Shown here piece after piece: positions 29,101 to 39,682 of a stretch of 64,000 nt of DNA (its first letter is position 1; every line of letters starts with the position of its first letter). The stretch covers positions 136,400,001 to 136,464,000 of the forward strand of contig OZ260661.1 of the NCBI GenBank assembly GCA_965285935.1, written 5' to 3'. The translations under genes and the position numbers were made by a program. Source of the stretch: Ophelia neglecta (lineage: Eukaryota). A model generated the notes under the pieces. That model made no database searches. It saw only the letters and a program-made list of their open reading frames with translations, and was not told the origin of the DNA.

Positions 29101-32100
29101 CATCGATCTGTTCTTTGTAAATTCTATGATATTTATAATGGCTCCACTCCTCAGTACCTTAGTAATTTTCTACTTACCCTGCCTCAGGCAACTCGCTTTA
29201 CCCGTAGTGTTTCCAATTTGAGGGTGCCCATGCCTCGTTTTCGCACACAACATTATCACAATTCTTTTTTTCTTTTAGCAATTTCGGAATGGAATAAATT
29301 GGCATTATCGATTAGAACCAGTCGGAGCAAAAACATTTTCAGAAATCGTATCTCCTGGCCCCTGCATAAACCTCCTGCCTGGTATTTCATGGGCTGCAGA
29401 CTTACTCAAATCTTTCTATCCCAATGTCGTCTTGGCGGTAGCTGTCTCAATCACCATCTTTATCTTAACCATTGTATTCCCTCTCCTACCTGCCCGTGTG
29501 GTACCAGCTCTGAGAGTGTCTCTCATTTCTTTCTATTCTGCGAAAAATATTCTAATTCCAGACTTCCAATCATGGAATTTTTTAATAGATACAATATCCA
29601 CAGCGATAATTGGGTCCAAACTATCCTTTACGGACCCGTTGCTGATAGAGCCCAAGAGTTTTGCAACTTAATTAGTTCTTATATTATTAGTACTGGGCGT
29701 TTTGTCACTTAGTCACATTCGCTAAACATGTTTGCATCTATGTAGACCCCGCAGGCACGAAACCATCCATCCATCCATCCATCCATATCCATCCATCCAT
29801 CCATCTATCCATCCATCCATCCCATAACACGCACTATACGTCTCTATATTCCTAACGCATGTGACAACTTGTAAATATTTATTTCTTTTCGTTATCTCGT
29901 GATACTTACCCCGATTAGCTTTTGCTATTGTAAAAAATCACGGTGTAAATAAATATGTTTAAACCAAAGTAAGTTTTGAAAAATCATCACTTGAAATCAC
30001 CATGGATCCTGTGCTTTTCGCTGGATCCCGTGCTGTCATTGCTTTTTAAGAATCCACTTGATATGAACCTTCAACTTATTATGAATATACACAATTCATC
30101 ATTCACATCTGGGCTGTGTACAGATGAGATGAAAAAGGCAATATTGATACCGATGCTGGAGAAAACTGGGTCAAATGTCAATATGGTTAAGATTTTACAT
30201 GGCTGTTAGTACCTTTTGTTAGTATACAAGTCAATTGAGGGTGTAGATGCAGGGCAGGAGCTCTCTAAATATAGAAAGTGCTCGAGTCAGCATACAGGCT
30301 ATTCCCTTATACACCCACTGGGCGGTTAAATATTTCGAATATGGTGGCTCTATTGTGATTAGATGTAGTAAAGATCAAAGTTGATTAATTAATTAACACT
30401 CATTAGCTAAGTGTACACTCTGCTGATGTGCAACAGTGGTAAAAGTATGATGGTTGTATACTGTGATGCCAGATGCTCAAATAACACATCTCCTAAAGGC
30501 TAATAAAATGAGCTGCCTGTGCAAAGTTGGGAATTGTTTTAAACCTTTTGAATCCAGCTTGACCACTACTCAAATCAATCCCTAGCTCTCATCTTTCATT
30601 TTCCCTCAGTTAAAATAACAGACTGTTAAAATTCTAATGCTAGTTTTCAAGCTGAAAGTTTACTGCCTTTGCTAAAGAAAAGGACAAACAGCAGCAAAAT
30701 ACTATAGGATTCAGAGGAAAACAGGTCAGGATTTGTTCCATTAAAAAGGAAAGTTAAAATCATGGTCAGAGTGGAAACTTACTGCATGGAAGGGGGGGGG
30801 GCAAAAGGGTAGTAGATGGACATAAGGAAATTAGTAAAGCTGGCTATGTGAAAGGAATGACAAAGGAGTGATGCCTAGATAGCAACTGATTATGGGAATA
30901 ATAGAAGGGCAGCGTCACAGGTTAACAAGCTGGAGCTGACTGAAGAGGGCAGACAGTGAGCTTGACTCAGTTCAGTCTGGTGACACTGATAGATGAACTT
31001 AAATTTAAAACCTGTCTATAATGAACTTCATCCTAGTCAACTCAGTACATAATGTTTCTGTCAGAACGCTTGGATAAGAATTAACGTATTGAAAGTCACA
31101 ATTTAAGGTTCAGATGCAGGCCCTGGGCACGGTATACTTTTGCTGTTTTTCCTGGGCCACACTCTTAGCAATGTTTATGTGTGATTTATTACAATATCGT
31201 ATTGCAATAGGGCATTTCAATTCATCTCTTTAAAATTGTGGAACATGTAAGTCTCCAGGGAGGCCCCAATTTAATAGGAATTTACTATCAAATGCTGTAT
31301 TTACTCTCTTAGTAGCTCTATTAATTTTACTCAACTGCGGTGATATAGAACTGAATCCTGGTCCTTGTCATAAGTATAATCTTAGTGTCTGCTACATGAA
31401 TATAAGGAGCTTACTTGCACCTGTCAGTATCGATGGCGTTACTACCAATGTCTCAAAACTTGACCAACTGTGCTGTTTTTCCTCCAGTTCTGATTTCGAC
31501 GTCATTGCCTTAAGTGAAACTTGATTAGGTAATACAATTTGCAGTAAGGACATTAATTTGAATGGTTTTAGGCCACCAATTAGAAAAGATCGTACACGAT
31601 CTGGAGGGGGTATGGCTGTGTTTATGTCTAACTCGTTTCCAGGTCTGTGTGCCGAGACGGTTGAATGCCCATTTATTGATAATATTTGTGTATCTTTTAA
31701 AACGGGAGGCCATTCCCTGCTGTACTGTTTTTATTACAGGGCGCCACATATGGACACCGTCCGCTTTTTAGAAGGAGTCCAAGATATAATTGATTCTTGC
31801 CGAGGTATTTTCGACTCGGTAATATTTATGGGTGATTCAAATGCTAAAAACAGTAGCTGGTGTGCTTCTGACAAAACTGACACAAACGGAAGGCTTTTCT
31901 ATGAATGTTTTGAGTCTAACAATTTTTGCCAAATGATTCACGAACCAACTAGATATGGTACAGGTGTTAAATCGTGCATCGATCATATATTTGTGAGTGA
32001 TCGGGCTTTCGTTGTCGACTCAGGTACTTAACCACACTTAGCCGAAAACTGCGATCATAAACCGGTATTTGTGCGCTCAACGTTCAAAATTTATCGCCAA

Positions 32101-35100
32101 CTCTGTTATAGTCGTCAGGTCTGGAATTTTAACAAAGGGGGCGACTTCCAACATTTTAGGGACCTTTGTTTAATGTCCCGTGGGATATTATATTCTCCTC
32201 AAATAGTATTAACGATATTACTGAAAACATGATGAGTACTATATTACAGACTGCCGAGCACTGCATTCCTCGCTATGAGGCGGTCATTCGTCCAAACGAC
32301 AAGTCATGGATGACAAGCCAGATCAGAGCGGTTATCCAGAAAAAGAACCGGTTATATAAGACTCGAAAGCTTAGTACTAGTCACAAAGAGGCTTATAGGC
32401 TAGCTCGAAATGAATGTGTAAACATCTGTAGAGTTGCTAAATCTGATTATGACGCTAAGCGTGACCATGTTCTTTCAAGTGAAACCGGTACTAAACAGTG
32501 GTACCGGGAAATGAAGCATATAGTTAAAGGGTCAGGTGGGGACAATTGCTCCCCCTTAATACTTAATGGTTCTGTGATATGTGACCCAGTTGAAAAAGCT
32601 GAAATGTTTAATACTTTCTTTGTACAGCAGTCTACTCTTTGTACAGCCAATATACTACCTGGTAACGATCTACCGATCTTACCTCACTCAATAACTGACA
32701 AGATTGTAATGGTTGACGAAGTGTACCAAGTTTTAAAGAACCTCGACACTTCCAAGGCGACTGGTCCGGATGGACTAGGGAATAAACTCCTTCGTGAGGG
32801 AGCTGTTGCCTTAGCTCAGCCATTTTGCGATTTATTTAATTTGTCTCTGTCTGTAGGGCAATTTCCTGAAGTATGGAAGAATGCCAATGTAATCCCAATA
32901 CATAAGAAGGATTCGCAAACAGATTGCAATAATTATAGGCCTGTATCTCTTTTGCCTTGCGCTTCTTAGGTCTTTGAAAGAATCATGTTTAATCACATAT
33001 ATGATTTCTTTAAATCCAACCAAGTTATCACATCCAAACAGTCTGGTTTTATCCCTGGGGATTCGACCGTCAATCAACTACTACATAATTGTGACAATAT
33101 TCATCGCAGCCTCGATGCTGGGGACGAGGTTGTAGGTATACGACTAGATTTCTCTAAAGCTTTTGATAAAGTTTGGCACTCTGCACTCCTCTTTAAATTA
33201 AACCGTTGTGGAGTGAGAGGTAAAACTTTGAACTGGATCACAAGTTATTTGTTTGCCAGAAAACAACGTGTTATACTATCTGGTGGGTCCTCTTCTTGGC
33301 GTTATATTAATGATATAATTCGCAACGTCGAAAGTGATATGTATATTTTCGCCGACGACACCTCTATCTTTAAAGTAATAAAAAACTGTACTTATATGAA
33401 CGCCCAGGAAGGGACTTGGTCTCAATTACCAAGTGGTGCTCAGATTGGGCTGTCAGCCTGAATGTTAGCAAATGTAATTATATACTTTTCACCAACAAAT
33501 TGGATCAAGGGCGGGCGCCTGTTATAAAAATAGGCGACCAGACTTTGGAGAGGTCTGCTAGTGTAACACACCTAGGTGTGATTTTGAACAGGAGGCTTGC
33601 ATGGACCGAACATATTGTATATGTATCTCTTAAAGCAAACAAAAGATTATCTTTACTCTCCAAACTGAAACATACTCTGTCTCGTAAAAGCCTAGAAATG
33701 GCATACAAAACATTTATCCGACCGCTATTAGAATACGGTTGTATTTTATTCGATTCATGCACTGAATCTGGCATAACTACACTCGAAAATGTGCAAATGC
33801 GGGCAATTAGACTGATCACTGGCATAAGGAAAGGCACTAGCCATTCAAGGCTCTACGAGGAGTCTGGTTTGGTTCCTCTAGTGGATCGAAGGAAAGCTTT
33901 CCGACTAACAAAATTCTTCGAAATTTATTCCAATACTTCACCTCGCTATCTTAAATGTCATATTTCACACTGTTTATCTACCCGGGGATATAACACTAGA
34001 GGAGCATGTACGTAACAGCTCATCTTACCTTCTTGCAGGACCACCTCATTTAAAAATTCCTTTTTCCCTCGAACTACTTTCGATTGGAATGATCTGTCCT
34101 TCCGCCTTCGCTCCTCAACAAACATCTCTAAATTTAAAAAAAATATTTTCCCTCGCGGCGAGAAAAGGTCCTACTTCTTCTACTTAGGGTCGCGTCGTAC
34201 TCAGATTTTCTTGGCTCAACTCAGAGTCCAGTGTACTGGGCTTAACCTGGACCTGTATAACAACCATTGTATCGACTCTTCGGCCTGCGCTTGTGGTCCT
34301 GTCCCTGAGTCGTGTGACCATTTTCTGTTTTATTGTACACGTTACTCTGTCCACCGTCAGGACTTTATTGATATTTTACAAAGAGACTCCGTCCAGTTGT
34401 CATCCGCTGCATTTATATCTGGTCTTGGAGATTGCGAGAGGGACAAAAACATGATAGACGCCCTAGATCACTATCTGCTCAGAAGCAGGCGCTTTGCAGT
34501 TTAATGTTATACCATCAATCTGTCTTCTCTCTTTTGGAAGCATGTCGCGAATGTCTTAGCGCTCACTTCATTTCATCAAATTTCATCTCATTTCATTTTA
34601 TTAATCCTGTCTTCATATCCATTTCTACTTATCCAATATTGTCTTCATGTATTGCTAAATATTTCACTTAACTAATATTATTTGAATATACATATATGGT
34701 TTTTTTGTACTTATTCCCTTTTCTTGTGCTACTAAAGCGACGCATTATTCATTTGTTATTACTCTCTCTGAATTATGAATTACTTATTGTAAATTTATTG
34801 TAAGTGCATCTCTATAAATTTGTATTGTATTTATGAATGTTATTGGGGTGACCCTCCACGATTAGCTTTAAGCTATTGAGGGGAGCCCACGAATAAAATA
34901 TGTTTAAACCAATTTAAGGTTCATTTGTTGACTAGATCAGGAGAGCAGAATTATTAAGTATGTGGTGGTAACAGGGAATAGACGGTATAAGCCAGGTTAT
35001 ATACAGAGTCAGTGTGTTGCGACAGAATCATAAGAACTTACTGACAACAATGGATGACCGTGGAAAAAATGTTTGGAGTCGAAGGTTAGTGTCAATAGCT

Positions 35101-37466
35101 TAGCCCTTACCAAAAGACTATATAGATATTATTTAGTTTCTGTTTTTTTTCCTAAACAGAGGAAATTCAGATCCCTGCACTCATTCTCTTATAATGTGAG
35201 GTAATAATTTCAACATAATTTTCTATAAATATGAGAAGTGACCTTACCTGATGGGTCTTTAAATTTAATTCTTGCAGTGTGTATGGCACTGTCAAGTTGA
35301 ATGTATTCAATCTCTCCACCAACTTTGGGTTTCCCAAGTCTTTCTCTCAGTCTAGATTCAGTAGTAATAGGGTTGAGTTGGCTGAGAAACACATGTGTTG
35401 AAAAGTCCCCTTAAAATAGTATGTTCATATACTAGTATGCATGCAAAATATATCATGCTTTATAATTCAATCTCGAGGGTCCATACTAATGAAGTCGTAT
35501 TTATAGTAAGTTAAATAGTATTATGATGTTTAATACAGAACATTGGTATATTCAGTAAACAACAAATAACTGAGGTTCTATGACTTGATAGACCCATGAA
35601 GAAATTGTATATAGTGCAAAGGAAAGCCTGAGCACTTTGACATTTCACATCGACTACTCGAACAAATTAATCAAGAGACCAAAAGAGACTGATTAACGAA
35701 ACTACAGTCAAAATAATATCAATAAATACCTTAACCAATTGAATGACAGTGATTGGGATTCTTTTTATAGTTTAACTGATAAACAAGATGCTTTTGCCAA
35801 GTTCCATGTGGAATTTAGTAAACATTATGAGAAATTGCAGTGTGTATGTCACTGTCAAGTTTAATGTATTCAATATCTCCACCAACTTTGGGTTTCTCAA
35901 GTCTTTCTCTCAGACTCAATTCAGTAGTAATAGGTTTGAGTTGGCTGAGAAACACCTGTGTTATAAAGTCAACTTTTGGGGGACTTTCATTTCTGCAATT
36001 AAGAATGGTTTGAAATGTTATGTTCATATGCTAGTATGCAGGGAAAATAAATGATGCAGTATAATTCAATAAACAGATGTGTCATTTTTGGAGCCAATAA
36101 ATAGCAGCCCCCATGCTGACAATTTCATTCTAGTTTTTGCTTGCCACCAGTCTCCACGCACTCTTCACTCTGCCAAACTGCCAATCTGCCGATCACCAGA
36201 GGTCGCTGTTATCAACCCAAATACGAAACTACGCATTATGCCAGCCAGGACTGAGCTTACTTTGTCCGAGAAAGTAGCTGTCAGCCGGGAAAAAGAAAAG
36301 ACGGGAAAAAGCCAGCGTGCCTTGTCTGAGATGTTCAAAGTTGGCAAGACTCAGATTCAGTGCACACTGAAGCGCAAACAAAAATAACTGGACCACTACG
36401 AGGAGAATGGGAATGCGGGCCGCAAGGAGACGCAACTACGCCGGAGAGTTCGATGAACTTAACCTCCTGACATGGCAGTGGTTTTCTAGTCTGAGAGGCC
36501 TTGTTTTTAATAAATTCTCAATATAAATGGTGTCTTATACTTTTTTGCATTTTAAATAATAAAAATATAAATTGTGGCTAATTTCACTCTAGCAATAACT
36601 TAAGCAGTGCCTTCCAATACCCCACATAAATATCACATATATTTAATAAAGTGTACTGTACATATATCATGACTATTTTGGGTAATGTTCGGCCGTACAT
36701 CAACTTTTGATAAGTAGACCACCTTTAAATTAAGACCACTTCAGCCCAGACCCATGGGTGGTCTTAATTCTAAGGTTCCACTGCACATATAGGTACTGTT
36801 TACAGCTGCTGGAGTATCTGAGGGTATACAGCCCTCAGTAGCAACAGCTTATTGATGCTACAATGAATTATAGAATCTTTTACCATGCCTTATAGCAAAA
36901 TATAACATGGTAAATGCTTGCTCTGGATTGGTCAATCAACAATAGCTATGTTCTAATTGATGTTTCCTTTGCTGACTGGCCGCCTGCGGTCATTGGAAAA
37001 AATTGAATCCTCTTGCAATGACTGGGTTCACTAGCTCGTTAACACCTAATCTGCACTTAGTAAACACATATTACATTATTTTCCAGATGGCAAGCAGCCA
37101 AGATGGAACTCTCACACTTTTTTTAAGAAGTCATCTTTAATTTATAACCCCGAATTTGCATCAGACACAGGATCACACACAGTGGACGGGCCGTTGGTAC
37201 TGAAAAGGAAGTGCATGCTAGCTAGAAGCCTGGGCATTGTTGAACTTGAGTTGGATAGGACGGGTGAGGTGAGAAATGGCGGTGATTTAATTGGAATTGG
37301 GCGTAGCAATCTGCTCGTTTGATCTCATGGAAGAAAAAACTGGCATAAAAAAGAAACATGTAAAAGACATACCACTATACAGATCAACATTCTCATCCAA
37401 TTCTTGAAACGACATGTTTGGGGGTTCCTTCCTTGTAGGCAAATCAACCAGTATCGAATTTGACAT
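6724..37466 (-). CDS. RRM gene 1: multi-exon PARP14/NMI-like (NID-type) tandem RRM protein, about 9 RRMs, no catalytic domain seen; possible frameshift at one exon
   Basis: Phase-consistent GT-AG exon chain: 37373-37466 ([13 protein letters not shown]...), 35248-35409, 27713-27957, 26383-26521, 25823-25978, 24652-24834, 22653-22897, 21773-21911, 21224-21379, 19596-19799, 18486-18608, 14434-14571, 10407-10663 (or 10652), 9962-10222, 9467-9700, 6724-6896 (stop). Recurrent motif [YF]FE[SN]xRRSGGG.I...A.ITF. Last exon reads [27 protein letters not shown], like the PARP14 post-RRM3 segment. About 965 aa if the 10652 acceptor is used. Confidence 0.8.
7141..9242. mobile_element. Probable non-autonomous TIR element (about 110-bp imperfect inverted ends) in the last intron of RRM gene 1
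   Basis: 7141-7250 (...CCGCTCCTTTTCCG...TTGGCAAATTTGCCATCGATT...GGCCAAAGTCGGCAG) matches the reverse complement of 9134-9242. Confidence 0.6.
9275..9390 (-). pseudogene. Partial tandem duplicate of the 3' half of the preceding RRM exon (probable pseudo-exon)
   Basis: [20 protein letters not shown] parallels [20 protein letters not shown] (exon 9467-9700) and has the same GTACAT donor. It ends in phase 0, incompatible with the phase-1 exon at 6896. Confidence 0.6.
10943..10978. promoter_or_regulatory. Cluster of CRE (TGACGTCA), E-box (CACGTG) and YY1-like (AATATGGCGG) motifs in a CpG-rich patch
   Basis: CTGACGTCAACACGTGACACAACAATATGGCGG; probably a LINE 5' UTR promoter remnant. Confidence 0.35.
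11010..13300 (-). mobile_element. Degenerate CR1/L2-type LINE, internally deleted
   Basis: RT fragments ([20 protein letters not shown]; KFLGVMID), APE remnant (ALSETWL near 12600), ORF1-like coiled-coil remnant at 12969-13247, (TTGAA)n-type tail near 11010. Confidence 0.85.
11127..11193. repeat. (AAT)n microsatellite
   Basis: Direct reading. Confidence 0.95.
16039..16368 (-). mobile_element. tRNA-derived SINE (Meta-SINE-like core)
   Basis: Box A TGGCCGAGTGG, box B GGTTCGAACC, core CCCGGTGTCAGTATAAAGTGACTGGGTG, (CAA)n tail, flanking TCTAGGT direct repeat. Confidence 0.85.
16436..18115 (-). mobile_element. 5'-truncated, decayed L2-like LINE
   Basis: [15 protein letters not shown]...[11 protein letters not shown]...QGSVLGP; [14 protein letters not shown]; (TAA)n tail at 16436-16452. 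Confidence 0.88.
26720..27026 (+). mobile_element. tRNA-derived SINE, same family as 16039-16368
   Basis: High similarity to the 16 kb copy, (CCAA)n tail, flanks AACTAATGC/AACTACTGC. Absent from the paralogous intron near 22.1 kb. Confidence 0.85.
28223..29965 (+). mobile_element. 5'-truncated CR1-type LINE with 11-bp target-site duplication
   Basis: RT motifs ([20 protein letters not shown]), C-terminal CxC...HFFLFC, 3' end AATAAATATGTTTAAACC. TSD AAAGTAAGTTT at 28212-28222 and 29966-29976. Empty site at about 23150 in the paralogous intron. Confidence 0.95.
29763..29822. repeat. (CCAT)n microsatellite in LINE 3' UTR
   Basis: Direct reading. Confidence 0.95.
31113..34909 (+). mobile_element. 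Near-full-length single-ORF CR1-type LINE (2A-APE-RT), inactivated, with 14-bp target-site duplication
   Basis: ORF from 31171 (QYRIAIGHF), [12 protein letters not shown] (IALSET, GDSNA, CIDHIF), RT (YRPVSLL, FDKVWH, FADD). Stops and frameshifts; GVPQG motif deleted. TSD CAATTTAAGGTTCA at 31099-31112 and 34910-34923. Empty site at about 24310. Confidence 0.95.
35815..35992 (-). pseudogene. Third, truncated copy of the VFLSQL...KVGG.IEYI RRM exon
   Basis: Homologous to 24652-24834 and 35248-35409, including upstream intron sequence. It is 1 nt shorter near the acceptor, lacks the donor, and runs into a stop (HTAISHNVY*). Confidence 0.7.
36077..36783 (+). mobile_element. pogo/Tigger DNA transposon deletion derivative
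   Basis: CENP-B-type HTH: [10 protein letters not shown]...[17 protein letters not shown]...WQWF. 3' TIR-like end ...GGTGGTCTTAATTCTAAGGTTCCACTG with repeated AGACCAC motifs. Confidence 0.8.
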
Positions 37467-37681
37467 ATTCTGGAAAAAAAACTCTTGTATACCCGGTCTT
37501 CATTTATTTGTTTAAAATTTTAAATAGTACATTCAATGATAGCGTCTGTCGGTTTGATCTTGAACACTTAGAAACACACGATCTTGAACAATTAGAACAC
37601 AGATACACAGACACATAGACAGACAGACAGACACACCCACACCCACACCCCCCCCCCACATATATATACAGGACCGTTACC

Positions 37682-37728
<47 letters not shown>
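37682..37728. repeat. (TA)n(TG)n microsatellite
   Basis: Direct reading. Confidence 0.95.
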
Positions 37729-37861
37729 AGTATGTGTGAATAGTGGACACGCCGTTGGTACACTTTTAATCAGGTGAGAACGTTTTGTCTGTCGTCAGCT
37801 GCACAAAGTCCTTTATAGAAAAATTACAGAAAATATTGCAGGCCATTTTCCATTTTGAATA

Positions 37862-39340
37862 AATACCCCCACCCCCACTTCACCAAATCAGCACCCCCCC
37901 CCCCCCTGGTTATAAATAATAAATAAATAATAATAATAATTGACAATTAAAAAGCAGCACGAAAGTACAGAAATTGGCTCTACATGCTAGTACTTCTTGT
38001 CGCAAAAAGCCCTATTATCGCCTTATGACTATTATAACAGTGTTCTTGTTTATGTTGTGGTCCTACATAGACGTTGATAACTGTTATGATTAGATATGTT
38101 AAATAACTTATTGTGTAAAATCGTGGATGCTTATTGAAAGTTAGTTCATCTGAAGTGTGTGATAATATCCTGGTTGCCCTTTATATCTCCATATATCGCT
38201 CATTACTCGATCGACACCAAACACCATAATATTTGTCCTTGAACTTGTCAAATTCAATTATAGTTGACACAGCGTAGGGGAAATGCCCACATCATTTTAC
38301 CAGTGAGATGATACTTTGAACCCCATTTGCACGCCAAGCAATAATAAAGAGATTAAGATTTGTCTGGCGTGTCCGTTTGAAAACCGTTGGGCCCAACAAG
38401 TCAGGAAAAAAGCAATATCGACGTGCGTTTCACTCGTTTAACGTTTTTCTAGAAAGAATGTTGCCCGGCAAGTTATTTTTTTCATAGCGCGGCCTAAGAC
38501 CTGCCTTTTTGGGCAAGACTGAATAAGAGAGAATGTCTAAACCTGAGAGACAAAACTTTTCTTATCTATAAATATGAAAACCCAACTTTTTGTCTCAACC
38601 CCCCCTCCCCCCCTTCACCATTTTGCTTATGGTGTTTTCCTAAGCGTAAGCTGTATGATGTAGACGTATAGGGGAAAATGGGTAGCACTGCTCACATACC
38701 GCTTCTCCCGCCCCCGAACCCATCCCATAATACCCCCTTCCCCAATCCATCCTGCCATCGACTTCGTTTCCAGGCATTCCCCTTCCCTTCCAACCCTCTT
38801 GAAGTTAGAGTATAATTAGCACGATATTAATGTCATTTAAACTAATCTGGCTCAACAAGTATAAAAGGGTGGCAGTCAAGGCGACTTTTACAAGATTAAA
38901 ATTTATCATTAATTTAAATTTTAATATTTATTATTAATTTAGATTTTAATATTTATTATTAAACCAAATAACATTTTCTTTGACTGTTTACAGGGTGCGA
39001 ATCTCTAATAATTATATATAGCGAGGCTCCAAGTTCATAATCGAAACTATAATAAATGCACATTTTAGAAGAAAGAATAAACCACTAGTATGCTGGTAAA
39101 GTTTACGTTAGTGATTGGCTTTGAGTATTGTTTCGCCCCATTGCAAAAAATTGGCTATTACACGGAAAGTGGCGGGTCAACTTTAACATAACAACGCCTG
39201 TGCATTGCCCATTGATACAAACTGTCAATATGGTCGAAAACTGTTAATTGTTTAGATTATTAATTATATTGCTTACATGAATTAGGATTGTATTTTTGCC
39301 AAATGAGTGTACAAAAACACTATTTAATTGTGCATTGCAG
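37862..39340. repeat. Upstream (5') block of RRM gene 1, with paralogs at about 49863-50500 and about 59615-60630
   Basis: Shared strings AATACCCCCA.CCCCACTTC, CGCAAAAAGCCCTATTATCGCCTTATGACTATTATA, GCGGCCT.AGACCTG, AAACCTGAGAGACAAA, CTGCTCACATACCGCTTCTCCCGCCC, TTGATACAAACTGTCAAT.TGGTCGAAAACTG. Confidence 0.9.
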
Positions 39341-39682
39341 CGCTCTCTTTGTACTTATCAATGGCGCTTCAATACCCATTACGTGCTCTAATAGTGGCTT
39401 ATAAGAAGTGAGTATACATTTGTATTTCACATTTGACCATTCGTGTGTTCTTAAATCTAGTGGGAATCGAAGCCAGATAAATCCATGTCATTGTTAGTTT
39501 CAGCATGCCCTGTATCGCTTTACCCAAAAGGCTTACTGGCAACTACAATGGCTATAACTGTGCTATGAGCGTTGTGTGACATCACTAGCTAGATCTATTG
39601 AGCGTCACATTTGCTTTGGCCAATCATCCGACTTTGGCTTCCGACGCTAACTGACTCGATCTACCAATGAACGCAGGACACG

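Larger units (their letters stand above)
20672..36860. repeat. Tandem segmental duplication: unit A about 20672-25115, unit B about 25282-36860 (expanded by TE insertions)
   Basis: Near-identical exons and introns, e.g. 21180-21950 vs 25780-26550, 22640-23150 vs 27700-28212, 23150-24320 vs 29966-31112, 24310-24810 vs 34910-35398, 25045-25115 vs 36785-36860. Confidence 0.95.
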
